A stretch of 32,000 nt of DNA from Wallemia ichthyophaga EXF-994 (lineage: Eukaryota > Fungi > Basidiomycota): contig NW_008806275.1 of NCBI RefSeq assembly GCF_000400465.1, positions 339,656-371,655 of the forward strand, read 5' to 3'. The notes beneath the pieces are model-generated. The model was not told the origin of the DNA, did not search any database, and saw only the letters and a program-made list of their open reading frames with translations. Shown here in pieces: positions 1-11,765 of this stretch. The translations under genes and the position numbers were made by a program. Every line of letters starts with the position of its first letter. Position 1 is the first letter of the stretch.

Positions 1-48
1 TAAGCTGATTCACTCGCTATTATCCAACTAATTCCTCCACTTTCAAAG

Positions 49-1959
49 TTCCCCGAAGGTTCCTGGGATTTCAACGACCACACCGCCTTACCTATACCCC
101 GCCTGAGAGAAGACTCCCATGGTACTCGATGTGCGGGTGAAATAGCTGCTGCCAGCAATGACGTCTGTGGTGTTGGTGTCGCATATGAATCCAAAGTCGC
201 TGGTATCCGTATCCTATCAACTCCCATCTCAGACGCAGATGAAGCCACTGCATTGAATTATGCCTACCAGCTAAATGATATTTACTCCTGCTCGTGGGGA
301 CCTCCAGACGATGGTAGATCAGTTGAAGCTCCCAGTGATCTCATCGCCAAAGCGTTCGTTAATGGTGTACAAAGGGGTAGATCAGGAAAAGGCTCCCTCT
401 TCGTCTTCGCTTCTGGAAATGGTGCTGCTAGTGACGATCAGTGTAACTTTGACGGTTACACAAATAGTATTTATTCAATAACTGTTGCTGCTATTAGCAG
501 AGACGGCACACATCCTTATTACTCGGAAGCATGCACAGCAAATTTGGTTGTCACATATAGCTCTGGTAGCAATGACAGCATTCATACCACAGATGTAGGT
601 GCGAACGCTTGTACATCTAGACATGGAGGTACGTCAGCCGCTGCACCAATAGCAGCTGGTATCTATGCCTTGGTTCTTCAGGTAAGACCAGATTTGGGTT
701 GGAGAGATCTTCAGCATCTCTCTGTTAATACTGCTGAACCTATTAATCTTGAAGAGGATGGTTGGGCTCCTACCGCTGCTGGTAGGATGTACAATAACCG
801 CTACGGTTACGGTAAACTCAACACTGAAAAGATCGTTGACGCAGCGCATAATCACAAATTAGTCAAACCTCAAGCCTGGTATGAAGCTCCAATCGTTAAA
901 ATACCGAATGGAGTGAATATTGTCGGTCAACCGCTAAATGGTCAGTGGTACGAAAGCAATTTCCACTTGTCAGCCAATCGTATGCGTCATCACAACATTG
1001 AACGACTAGAGCATATTACTGCGACTGTTTGGATTGATCATGACAGAAGGGGTGACATTGAAGTAGAACTAATTAGTCCAAACAATGTGAAGAGCGTTTT
1101 AGCTAAACCAAGGAGGTATGATGGCTCTACTGAGGGACTGAATGGATGGAAGTTTATGTCGACGAAACATTGGGATGAGAATCCCGTCGGTGACTGGAAA
1201 ATTAGGGTTAAGGATGGATTCCACCCAAAGAAGCGTGGTAACTTTAAAGCTTGGTCTATAGGATTCTGGGGTGAAGCCGCAGATGCAACAAAGGCCGTTG
1301 ATTATGTTTTACCTTTTGAAAGACCAGAAGGGGATTCAGATAACGGCGATGATGATGATGATGATGATGATGATAATTCTAGCTCAGATATGCCAGAGTA
1401 TCTCGGACCAAGTACAACTTACCAAAGACCAAAGCCAACAGATCATCTTCCTGAAGATCATCATGAAGCAGGCGATGAAATTCCAGAGTCATCATATACC
1501 CCGACACCTGATGAAGGATATCTGGACAACTCAACATTCCTACTAAATCATCAAAGTTGGTTGATAGGCGCTGCACTTGCGGGACTTTCACTCGTTGCAG
1601 CAGTTGGTACAGTGTGGGTGATTAGAAGAAAGAAAGCACAAGAGTTGGCACGTGCTGATGAAGATAGCCGCGGAGTGTATGCATCACTGAATCAAGGAGG
1701 TGGTGATAGTCATAGAATGACAGAATTTTCATCGAATAACGGTGGAAGGACGAGAGAACTGTACGATGCATTCAAACTCGCGGATAGCGATTCGGAGGAA
1801 AGTGATGAGGATAATGGTAAAAATGAGGAGTACAAGGATGAGGATGAGACGGAGCGGGGTGATGAATCACAGGTGCTGTATGACAAAGACGATGGCACTG
1901 GAAATGTACACAATGAAGCCCAAACTAGCTCAAAACCGTGGAATGAAGAAGAACGGTAA
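49..1959 (+). CDS. KEX2: Kexin-like subtilisin proprotein convertase (5' part lies upstream of the window)
   Basis: The exon starts at 49 after an intron end (ctaat...ttcaaag). Motifs: HGTRCAGEIAA (catalytic His), YSCSWGPPDDG, FASGNG (oxyanion Asn), HGGTSAAAP (catalytic Ser), a P-domain (LEHIT...RRGDIEVELISP), a TM helix WLIGAALAGLSLVAAVGTVWVI, and an acidic cytosolic tail with YASL and ELYDAF. Confidence 0.96.
   Translation, partial: FPEGSWDFNDHTALPIPRLREDSHGTRCAGEIAAASNDVCGVGVAYESKVAGIRILSTPISDADEATALNYAYQLNDIYSCSWGPPDDGRSVEAPSDLIAKAFVNGVQRGRSGKGSLFVFASGNGAASDDQCNFDGYTNSIYSITVAAISRDGTHPYYSEACTANLVVTYSSGSNDSIHTTDVGANACTSRHGGTSAAAPIAAGIYALVLQVRPDLGWRDLQHLSVNTAEPINLEEDGWAPTAAGRMYNNRYGYGKLNTEKIVDAAHNHKLVKPQAWYEAPIVKIPNGVNIVGQPLNGQWYESNFHLSANRMRHHNIERLEHITATVWIDHDRRGDIEVELISPNNVKSVLAKPRRYDGSTEGLNGWKFMSTKHWDENPVGDWKIRVKDGFHPKKRGNFKAWSIGFWGEAADATKAVDYVLPFERPEGDSDNGDDDDDDDDDNSSSDMPEYLGPSTTYQRPKPTDHLPEDHHEAGDEIPESSYTPTPDEGYLDNSTFLLNHQSWLIGAALAGLSLVAAVGTVWVIRRKKAQELARADEDSRGVYASLNQGGGDSHRMTEFSSNNGGRTRELYDAFKLADSDSEESDEDNGKNEEYKDEDETERGDESQVLYDKDDGTGNVHNEAQTSSKPWNEEER
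1348..1374 (+). repeat. (GAT)9 coding microsatellite, poly-Asp in the Kex2 luminal stalk
   Basis: Nine perfect GAT units, in frame. Confidence 0.95.
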
Positions 1960-2045
1960 TAAACCAAACTTAAAGATAAATTTCTTGTATTAGATGATTT
2001 AAATGTGGATTTTACAAACTAATTACAAGTCAGTTAACTTCTTCC

Positions 2046-2845
2046 ATGGCTAGTGGTGTAAAGTACTATTTAGCGGTATTCAACGCAGTTTCAACTGCTG
2101 GATGGGCATTAGTGTTGTTCTTGACAATAAAGCACCTCAATGATGGCAGAGTAACAGTTCCTATAACTGAATCACCTGTAACTTATTTTAAGAGTACTTG
2201 GAACAGCCAATTTTCATCCAATTTAGTCTCAAAAGCACGTACGACATACTTTGATATTGGAAATGTTGTTCAGATTGTTCAATCAATTGCAATTCTCGAG
2301 GTTGTACACGTCGTGATTGGGTTAGTGCGCTCACCACTGCCAACAACAGCGATGCAGGTTGCTAGTAGACTTTACATAGTTTATTATATTGCACCGTTAT
2401 TCGTACAAGTGAGTCAATTAGTCATATGGCGCTATAAATTGAAAACAAGGTAATAGGCACAATATAACTTTATTTACACGACAATGATAATTGCGTGGTC
2501 ATTGACTGAGATTATAAGATATTCATTTTACGCTACTTCACTCGTTGGACGCAAATCAAGCGTTTTGAATTGGCTGCGATACACGACGTTCTACGTGCTT
2601 TATCCACTTGGCGCAGGATCAGAGGCGACGTTGATAGCGTCTACACTGCCTAAAGGATTACCAAGTAATATAAACTGGCCAGCTTCAGATATTATCAGAT
2701 CTTGGTTTTTCCTTGGGTGGTGGCCAGGTGCGTTTATATGAGTGGTGGCCAATGCGCGACTAATGAAATAGTAGGACTGTATACTATGTATACGCATATG
2801 ATTAGCCAGCGCTCTAAAGCCTTATCGAAGGAAAAAACGAAATAA
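2046..2845 (+). CDS. PHS1: Very-long-chain 3-hydroxyacyl-CoA dehydratase (PTPLA family); exons 2046-2408, 2457-2727, 2775-2845
   Basis: Motifs YLAVFNAVSTAGW, QSIAILEVVH, QVASRL, AWSLTEIIRYSFY and LRYTTFYVLYPLGAGSE. Introns 2409-2456 and 2728-2774 restore the frame. The C-terminus KEKTK fits the KxKxx ER-retrieval motif. Confidence 0.93.
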
Positions 2846-2921
2846 AATGATATTTTGTATTTGCAAGACATAATGCTATGCACCGGGCTAACCTCTTTAA
2901 GGCGGACGATCAGCAACCTTG

Positions 2922-3600
2922 ATGGATTTATTATTTAATAGCAATTTGATACCACAGTCAGTAGCTAGCACTCTTCCTGCCGGCTACAGCCTCAGACCCC
3001 TTTCATCTGCAGACTACGACAAGGGCCATATCAACCTCTTAAGCGTACTGAGCAAAGCAACAGATCCAGGGCGTCAAGCGTACGTGCAAAGATTCAATTT
3101 CCTTAAGAGTATCCCAGACACGTACTATACAATCATTATAACTGATAACGCAGATAAAGTCGTTGGTTGCGGTACCGTTTTACTGGAAAGGAAGTTTTTG
3201 AGAGGATTAGGGGTTGTTGGACATATTGAGGATATTGCGGTTGATAAGAACCAGCAAGGGAAGAGCTTAGGGAAGAAGATAATTCTTAGTCTTACGGAAA
3301 TAGCCCAAAGCCGCGGTGCATATAAGGTAATACTTGACTGCTCTAAGGAGAATATACGTGAGTAGAGATAACGTGGTTTTAAAATATATAATAACTTTGA
3401 ATAGCATTCTATGAAAAATGCGGGTAAGAAATCGATCAATACGTATTTTTTACTTGCTGATATCACAAACAGATATCAACATAAGGAGTACGAGATGGTT
3501 TGTGGTGTTTGATTAGTTGAATCACAATAATAAAACCAATAAGGTACATTACACGTCCCCAGTCACAGCTTACCAGTCAACTTCCGCGTCAAAGCTTTAA
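2922..3600 (+). CDS. GNA1: Glucosamine-6-phosphate N-acetyltransferase (GNAT); the start may lie slightly upstream
   Basis: Motifs LRPLSSADYDKG, ERKFLRG, GHIEDIAV, QGKSLGK and YKVILDCS. Introns 3358-3404, 3424-3472 and 3498-3543 give ...NIPFYEKCGYQHKEYEMVHYTSPVTAYQSTSASKL*. Confidence 0.92.
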
Positions 3601-3634
3601 ATTTATCTTGATTTGTACTTGCACTCGAACAGTC

Positions 3635-4941
3635 ATGAACTTCTTCAAAGCGAGGCCTAAAACGCCTGGCGATATAGCTAAATCTTTGAAAGATTGTTTA
3701 AACAAATTAGATTCAAACTTGGATAATCGTAGAAGGGTTCGTTAACCACGTTGGTCGCGTGTATCACGTGTGTCCCTTGGCTCTTTCTCACTTTGAATCA
3801 GAACCCGGATGACATTGGAAAGCTATTACAGCAAATGAAACACGTTCTAAACGGTGATGGCGGTGAGTTTTTTGGTATTCTACACTTTAAACGCGCTAAT
3901 TGAATCAATAGATTCACATCCTCAACCAGAAGCTATTGCTCAATTAGCACAGGAAGTTTATGCCTTGGATTTGTTACAACTTCTTATAAAGAAGATTGGC
4001 AAATTAGAATTCGAGGCTAGAAAGGAAGTTACTACGGTTTTCAATTGTTTGCTTAGACGTCAAATTGGTCTGAGGTATCCAACCGTCGAATACATCTTAA
4101 CAAAACCTCAAGTGCTTTTCTTGACTTTGGATGGTTACAATGATGAAGACGTTTCTCTTAATACTGGTATGATTTTAAGGGAAATGCTCAGACACGAAGC
4201 TTTGGTCAAACTGTTACTTTACGATGAGCAGCACTTTTACACCTTCCCTAAGTATATAGAAACTACCACTTTTGGCGTTAGTTGCGACGCTTTTAGTAAT
4301 TTCAAGGTATGTTATCATGTTTCATCCCTATTCTTACACTTTAACTTTCTTAAAGGAATGCCTCACTCGTCACAAAGCTTTAGTGGCTGAGTACTTGGAA
4401 CTCAACTATGATAGAGTTAGTACTTGAACTCCAATTCCTTCTCTCCTAACACACCGCAGTTCTTCTCAAATGATCCTCATCAATTATCCTACAACACCCT
4501 GATAAACTCAAATAACTATGTCACTAAGCGTCAATCACTCAAGCTACTCGGTGAAATTCTTCTTGACAGATCCAATTTCAACGTTATGACGCGATATATT
4601 TCATACGAGAACAATCTCAAGGTCATGATGAATTTACTTAGAGATAAGAGTCGCAACATACAATTTGAAGCATTTCACGTTTTTAAAGTGGGTGTGGTTA
4701 GACTAATTTTACTCTCTAACAGTCATTTCATTAGGTTTTCGTCGCCAATCCAAAGAAAGCTCCCACTATAGCAGCAATATTACGTCGAAATAGAGAGAAG
4801 CTGATAGTCTTCCTCAAGGAATTCCATAACGATAAAGATGACGAAGTGTTCACTGTAAGCCTTTCGCTGGACACCAACACCACGCTAACCCAAGCACAGG
4901 ATGAGAAAATGTTTTTGATTCACAACATAAACGAACTGTAA
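3635..4941 (+). CDS. HYM1: MO25/Hym1 family scaffold protein (multi-exon)
   Basis: Motifs [74 protein letters not shown] and [13 protein letters not shown]. The last exon ends IHNINEL* at 4941. Confidence 0.94.
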
Positions 4942-5065
4942 GCAACTATCACATGATTAAACGATCCACAACTGCATTTATACACATTTAATATATCAAT
5001 AAATTCCACTCCGGCGGGTTTTTTTTTTATAATGTCATTCCGATACTGTGAACATTGTGAGCATC

Positions 5066-5702
5066 ATGGCCCATGCCGATGCAGCTAGTATAGACACAAA
5101 CAAATCAAAACAAGAAATATATGATAGCATTATAGAAAATCTAGCTAGTCTGTTGGCTGGGAGAAGCAACTGGGTGCGTTGATTGCGCTGCCGAGGTTCT
5201 ATTGCAAGTTGACGCTACTTTAAGATCAGTAATCTTTCAAACGCTGCTTCAATACTCTTCTGGACATTAAAAGAAATCAACCAGGTCAATTGGGCAGGTT
5301 AGCTAAACACAAAATTCCACCAATACCTGCCACTCACCCAGTACAGGCTTCTACATTCACAACAAGTCAACAAACATCTTAGAGCTCGGTCCTTTCCACG
5401 GATTACCTGCGTGCCAAACTATCAAAGCTGAAGTCAATAAGGGCATTTGTGCAGATACGTTCTGCAATGCTAATCCGATCTTAGTACCAAACGTGGACGA
5501 ATATCCCGGTAAACACATTGCATGCGACTCAACAACTAAATCTGAACTAGTCGTACCTCTATTTGCATCATCTGGTACTTGTGTCGGCGTTATGGACTTT
5601 GACAGTCTCACTCTCAATGGCTTTGAAGAGGTTGATAAGGTCAACATGGTCAAAATAGCATCATTACTCGCAAATCATTGCGATTTTACTAGTTTATTAT
5701 AA
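5066..5702 (+). CDS. GAF-domain free methionine-(R)-sulfoxide reductase (fRMsr/MsrC, YKL069W-like), 3 exons
   Basis: The spliced product reads MAHADA...NW/ISNLSNAASILF...VNWAG/F...LGPFHGLPACQTI...GICAD...VDEYPGKHIACDSTTKSELVVP...GVMDFDS. These are the typical fRMsr motifs, including the Cys residues. Confidence 0.88.
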
Positions 5703-5724
5703 ATTAATCTAAATTAAGTTATCA

Positions 5725-7357
5725 TTATGTATTGGAATTTGGATCTGATTGCGTTTCTGGTTGCTGCTTGCGTAAAGGTTTGCTCACATCTCCAATGTCG
5801 TCCTCATCACTAGCTTCACCAATATCCCAAACGACATCATCATCGTTATAGTCCTCATCATCGCTCTTGTTACCTCGAGATGCTTCGACGTCTATTTCTC
5901 CATCTGCCCTCGTTGCGTTCAGCGGTATCTCATCATTCGTTGATTCTTCTTTCGGTTTCTCACTTGACGGCTTCTTGGCGGAAAGCAGGAACACTCCACC
6001 TAGGAGAAGCATTGTTGACAGCCCAATACACCACAGAACCCATGCTCTAAATGCCATCAGTTGATTCATAAAAACTATTTTGGGTTAGATGACTAGAGTG
6101 GACAAATCAGCACCTACTTAGTGTATTAATAAATCCAATTGAAGTATATAAACCGTACTGCACACTAGTAAGATGATGTTCTTCTTCAGATTCATTCTTA
6201 CGAAAATAGGGACGACCATAGTAGTGTCAAATAACGCTAAAGCTTTGTTTAGGCAAATAATTTGACCAATTGCCGTCATCGCCAGTAACAGAACAGTCAA
6301 AATAAAGAGTGGATGGGCAAACTGCTGTGATATTAGATGGAGACTTGTGAAGCAATTACCGCACCTGATTAGAGGCATCATTGTGAGCAAGCTGAGTGGA
6401 TACAAGCTTCACAGTAGCTTTTGCGAGAATGAGGCATTCACTAGCCATTATTCCACCTTCAATAGCCCAAACTAAACCGACGAGTCGTTTAAGTGATGCG
6501 TCCGGCACACTACCGACCAAGTTTTCCAGTGAATTGAAAACTTTAGCTCTGATACCAGTGAAAAAGCCTCTGCAATTGTAGAGCAATGATTTAAGATGCC
6601 CTAAGTTTGGTGGGTGATTTGAAGTAGGTGTTTTGTTACCGCTTTCATCAGCTCTTCTAACAGAGACCTTCTCTAAATCTAAACCAATAACATAGACACT
6701 AACCGTAACGAAAACGAGGAAAAAGAACCACAAAAGCCAAGCCACACGACCCCAAAGGTCAATCAAGACGTTTATATCGAGCATATCGCTGATACCATCG
6801 TTGACGCTACCGAAGCTAACGATACCAATAACGCCAAGGACGATGAGAAGGGTACCTTGAATATCACGCTTTGTGATAGGAATATTGAGCATGTAATTTG
6901 CTATCAAAAAGTTGAAAATGAGATTGCTAGAACCCAAAGGAGCAACGAATTCTGCTCTCATGTACTGCAGCGCAAGAGTTGATCCAAGTAGCTGAGATAT
7001 GATATACAGCGACATACCAAGAATCCAAAGAGGACGCTTCAAATCACGCCTTTGAGAGACTTTTGGGAGAGATTGGTTGTGTAAATGATCCTTTTGAACG
7101 ATATTTAGACCAATTGAGTTCATCAATGATGCTATGAAGATAATGGTCAAACCAATAAAGAATGATCCAACTTGTGATCCTGTTGAAGGTTGTTTAGGTG
7201 TATCGTCTGTAACGTCTGCACCGTCTGTAACATTTACACCATCTGTAACATCTGCACCATCTGTACCACTAATATCCTCCGCAGATGAAATCCCATCTGT
7301 CAATTGATCTACATTACCGCTCAAATCCTTCAAATCACTCTCATCCTGCGCTGACAT
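5725..7357 (-). CDS. NIPA/DUF803-type magnesium transporter-like membrane protein (multi-exon; start codon approximate)
   Basis: Motifs NSIGLNIVQKDH, PLWILGMSLYIISQLLGSTLALQYMRAEFVAPLGSSNLIFNFL, LILAKA and QIICLNKALALFDTTMVVPIF, followed by an acidic C-terminal tail. Confidence 0.82.
7206..7267 (-). repeat. Imperfect 18-bp coding tandem repeat (about 3.5 copies; GTDGADVTDGVNVTDGADVTD)
   Basis: Plus-strand units tctgtaacgtctgcaccg / tctgtaacatttacacca / tctgtaacatctgcacca / tctgtacc. Confidence 0.85.
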
Positions 7358-7484
7358 CAGTTGATCGTTTGTGAACAAGATTTGGCATTGTCAATATCCG
7401 TGGATTCAACCTGAAATTTCCCAATTATAATCGAATACACGCGTAGCTGTCAGAGTTTACTATTTCTCCTTAAATTCTACCATC

Positions 7485-10400
7485 ATGGTATCAGCCAGTA
7501 TACCTTCCTCACCTGTATCCACAAGGCAGTCACTTGACTCTGGCGCTGAATCTTTGACTTTATCTCGGGCTTCAACAAGAGGAGATGTCCCTTTGAGCTG
7601 GTCTCTCGACAGATACAGAAGCAGCCCAACGATATCCACACACTCAACTGGATTTAATGCACTATCCACTGTAATGAATCACCCAAACAAGAGACCAAAA
7701 GCTTTACGTGCTTCTAGATACCCTTTACCTGCAATTCCCTCCGTTGATTTCCGTTTACCTTCGTCGAGCGCTGTGGATACCTATTTGCACGATATTCAAG
7801 GCGAATATGATGAATTTATCGATAATGTAGAGAAATCCTCTGCCTCTACTTCTGCGCAACCAGAAACTGAGTTGCCAACCCTCGAAGAAGTTCCGCGGTT
7901 ATTCTTTAAACAAGACTTCGATTTGGGAGACCCATCCACGTTTGATGCAGTAACTAAAAGCATCGGTGATTCTGTTGGTTTAGATAATCTCGATTCTCCA
8001 GAAGATATCGGCATCAATGAGATTTTACATGCCCGGTTAGAACACCACGCTAATGCTGTCGATAAGATCTTGGTACATGAGTTAACTGAAAGAGCACCAT
8101 CGCTATTCTCAGCATTGGACAATTTACATCATTTAGGAGATTATGCCAAAGATGCGATGGATAAGTTTGTTGACTTGAAGGAATCACTCGAGGAAATTTC
8201 AAACAATAAGTTACAGATCAAGTTTGATACTATTAATGGTATTGTCAAAGGGCAGGAAGTGGAGGATTTACTCACAGTGATCTGCGACATCGAAAACATT
8301 AATCATGCTTTGCTAGCCCTGCAGCAAATGACAGAGCTTGGACACTACTTTGACGCATTAGAATTAGTTGAAAACATATCAAAGACTGTTGTTGAAAACA
8401 TTAGATCCAAGGATGTCGATAATGTTCTCAAGATCGAATCAGATACTGACTTCACTTCGCTCAGTGTCTTCGCAAATGTTGCTTCCGATCTTCATAAGCA
8501 TACAAATGCTATCTTAGAATACATATCAAAAGACCTGACGGAGTTACTATTCATTGACTACATCAAATCACTTAAGAGTTCCGATCACAATCACAGCGAC
8601 TTGTCAAAGGACGTTGAACAATCAATTTGCGTGTTAGATAGAGCTGACATGCTAAGAAGTTCTCTTCAGTCATATGAAAACAAGTTGCTTAGACACGTAC
8701 TTCAGTTCTTCTTCGAATTACTACCTGCCGATATACAATCAAAGCCGCTCGATCTTGAAGTAAACTTTAATGGCAGTTTGTATGCTAGCCAGTTTGCTAA
8801 AGAGCTGCGACAGATGCAGCAAATTGAATACTGTCGTTACCTAAACAAATGTAGAGAACACCTCCACATCATTAATTCCTCAATTGTGGGACAAAAGGAG
8901 GTACTTGAGGGCATTTCACAGTGAGTATCTTGATTTTATTATTATTATCTCTAACACTTTCATTTAGAAACGAGACTATAACCACCAAGCTCTCTAGTTT
9001 ATCAGGTCAAATCATGGAATTACTGTACTCAGAACTCGCTAGTCTAATAAGACTGCGCAAAGACATAGAAGCGGAATTACCACTAAGCGAATACCTTCAG
9101 TTTGACCATGTAGTGTGGAAGCTTATTAGTGAGACCGAAATAGATGGCAGCTCGTCGAACAGTGCATTGTTCTTATTACCAGCAGCAGCATCAAATCAAT
9201 TACAAGAGTTCTTAGAGCTATTCCATGCAAACTATACCACACAATCGGCTAAGCTGGTTGAAATGGAAGTATGGTCTCAGGCTGAAGTTACGCCACTGGT
9301 ACAAAAAGTCATCAATACCATCGTAAGATCAGCTGTTGAAGATATTCCCGAGTTGTTACAAACCACACCCATCATAACCGAAGGAGATGAGAATCATGAA
9401 AATCAAATCAACGTTGAAGGTTTGAAGTTTTACACTGTCGAAGCTCTCAATAAGGTTCTTGTCTTGCTCATTGATTACCTTCGCATTATGCTTCAGGTAC
9501 CTAATTCTGCTACAGAGATTATGACCCGTATGATAGAAGTATTGAAGGTGAGTGAAATGCACTATCACTCTGCCTGACTGACAATCCTTAAAGCAATTCA
9601 ACTCCAGAACTTGCCAAGTTGTTTTAGGTGCAGGCGCAATGAAATCTGCTGGCTTAAAGAACATCACGGCCAAACATTTAGCACTCGCATCTCAATCGCT
9701 TTCTGTGATGATATCACTCATTCCATACATCAGAGAGGCTGTTAGAAGGCAGCTCAAAAGCAACCAAGCAACGCTTTTGATTGAGTTTGATAGGTTGAGA
9801 AGAGTGTGTCTTGTCTTTCACTATTAGTATTTACTAAATATCACTCTAGGACTATCAAGAGCATCAATATGAAATTCATGCTAAGCTTGTGTCGATTTTG
9901 GGTGATCGCCTCACTGCACACTCTAAATCTTTAGCTGTACGTCGATGATCGGAGTAACTATCCCTACTTACACACTATTAGGCTACGAAGTTCGAAAAGA
10001 CGAAGGAAGAAGATATAAAGAAACCTAATTCATACGCCGAAGGACTTGTGAAAGAGACGGCTACTTTGCATAGAGTTTTAAACAAATACTTACCAGAGGC
10101 TACCGTCAAGTTTGTGTTCAAACAGGTCTTTGACGCTATAAATAAGCGTATTGGTGACTATTATCAGCGTCTTACTGTAAAAACAGAGCTTGGAAAAGAA
10201 AAGTAGGTACTTGATTATTGATAAGGGTTCAGAGGACTAACCGACATCAGACTGCTAACTGATGCTCACTTTTTATGCAATCGCTTGAATGCTTTACAGG
10301 GTACTGATGAACTTGGTAGTGTGAGTCATTATATCATTAGTTATTATCTGATTAATCGTTTGCAGTCGCTGATAAGTGTGGCCGAAAGTCGTCAAGTTAG

Positions 10401-11565
10401 TAAGACGCCCACGGAATCACCTAGACCAAGTATTGCTACAGAAAACGATACAGCTGAACGGCGATCGTTGAGTTTTGACGTTCAGTCTCGGAATACTACG
10501 GAGCTACATCGTATGACTATCGGTGCAGTCAATCAGGATATCATTCCACAGATCGACGAAGGAACAGAGCAGAAGAGAGTAACTGAAAACCAACAAGCTG
10601 ATGCCGACAAATCATTACCTGAAGTACCTCAAGAGATGCTTCAGAGTGGCAGCCAAGAGGTAAAATCAAGTGGTGATGAAGATAAGGCCAACCAAAATCA
10701 AGAAACTGTTGATGTTCAGCAATGGGAGGGCGTTGATGGACTTGAAAATAAAGATCTTGGCCTGCAAGAGAATAAAGTTAACTGTCAGTCAATTATTGAA
10801 GAGGAAGTAAGGCACCAAGAATACCAGCCTGATCAGCCAGAAAAAAACCATTCTGAGGTGATGATTCAGGCTCAAGGGGACGCACAACGGGAAAATGAAC
10901 AGGCTGTGATTGACGACGGCGAAAAACGCCAAAGTACAGAAAAGCCGACTGACAATGCGGACAAACCGCCATCATCGCAACATATCAATCAGACAGAAGA
11001 AGAAGCCGGAAATAAAGAACATATCGAAGATAAAGATCTTATATCTGGTGAAAAGGAATGTGACACATACGCCATAAAACCTGGTGAAACCGAAGAATCC
11101 GCTGCGTTTACGCCAAGTTCTGCTGTTAAATCAGAAGCAGAAAAGTTTGCTAACGAGAAACTTGAAGATACGGCTGTGGATTCAGAGACTACTGAAGGAA
11201 AGAGTGATAAGCATATCGACCAGGAAGAACATCATAGAACGGAAGCTGACGGGGAGAAAGTTGATAAAAACCAAGACGCCTCACATGTCAACAATGAGAT
11301 CTTACCCGTAGCTTACTTAGATGAGGATCACAAATCTGATTCTGATGTGAACGCCAAGAAGTCGGATCAAGTCACCGAAGTGGGAGCAAAAAGTGACAAG
11401 CAGGAAAAGAGTGAAAGAGAGGGAGTTGAGAAGACCGACACAAGTGAAAGCGCACAACTCCAGCCAAAAGAAACCGCAGTTGAAAATTCAAGTAAAACAC
11501 CATCAACATCAAACAAAACAAAGACAAAGAATCAGAAAAAGAAGAATAAGAAGGGCAAAAAATAA
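7485..11565 (+). CDS. VPS54: GARP complex subunit Vps54, multi-exon, with a long acidic C-terminal extension
   Basis: The N-terminal region has LEEVPRLFFKQDFDLGDPSTF and LEHHANAVDKILVHELTERAPSLFSAL. The Vps54 domain reads FNSRTCQVVLGAGAMKSAGLKNITAKHLALASQSL...EFDRL...YQEHQYEIHAKLVSILGDRL. Intron 10321-10365 joins the core in frame to the 10366-11565 exon. Confidence 0.9.
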
Positions 11566-11765
11566 AATGTAGTCTTAAATAAAAAATAAAAAATATTTGA
11601 AGATTCATACCAAACTTGTGGCAGGCATCCACTAAAAACATTTGATCACCGTTTTGAGATAACCCGCCACTTGATACTGAATTGTAATTATAGATCAGAA
11701 AATCCCAAATTATATTCAATGTGGGTGATTTAGCTACGATGGGAATAAAGTTGAAGCACGTCTAG

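Noticed and set aside
5006-5030. GC-rich stretch followed by a T run, resembling a terminator
   Set aside because: There is no good stem and no upstream Pol III gene. It is more likely a poly(dT) promoter element of the fRMsr gene.
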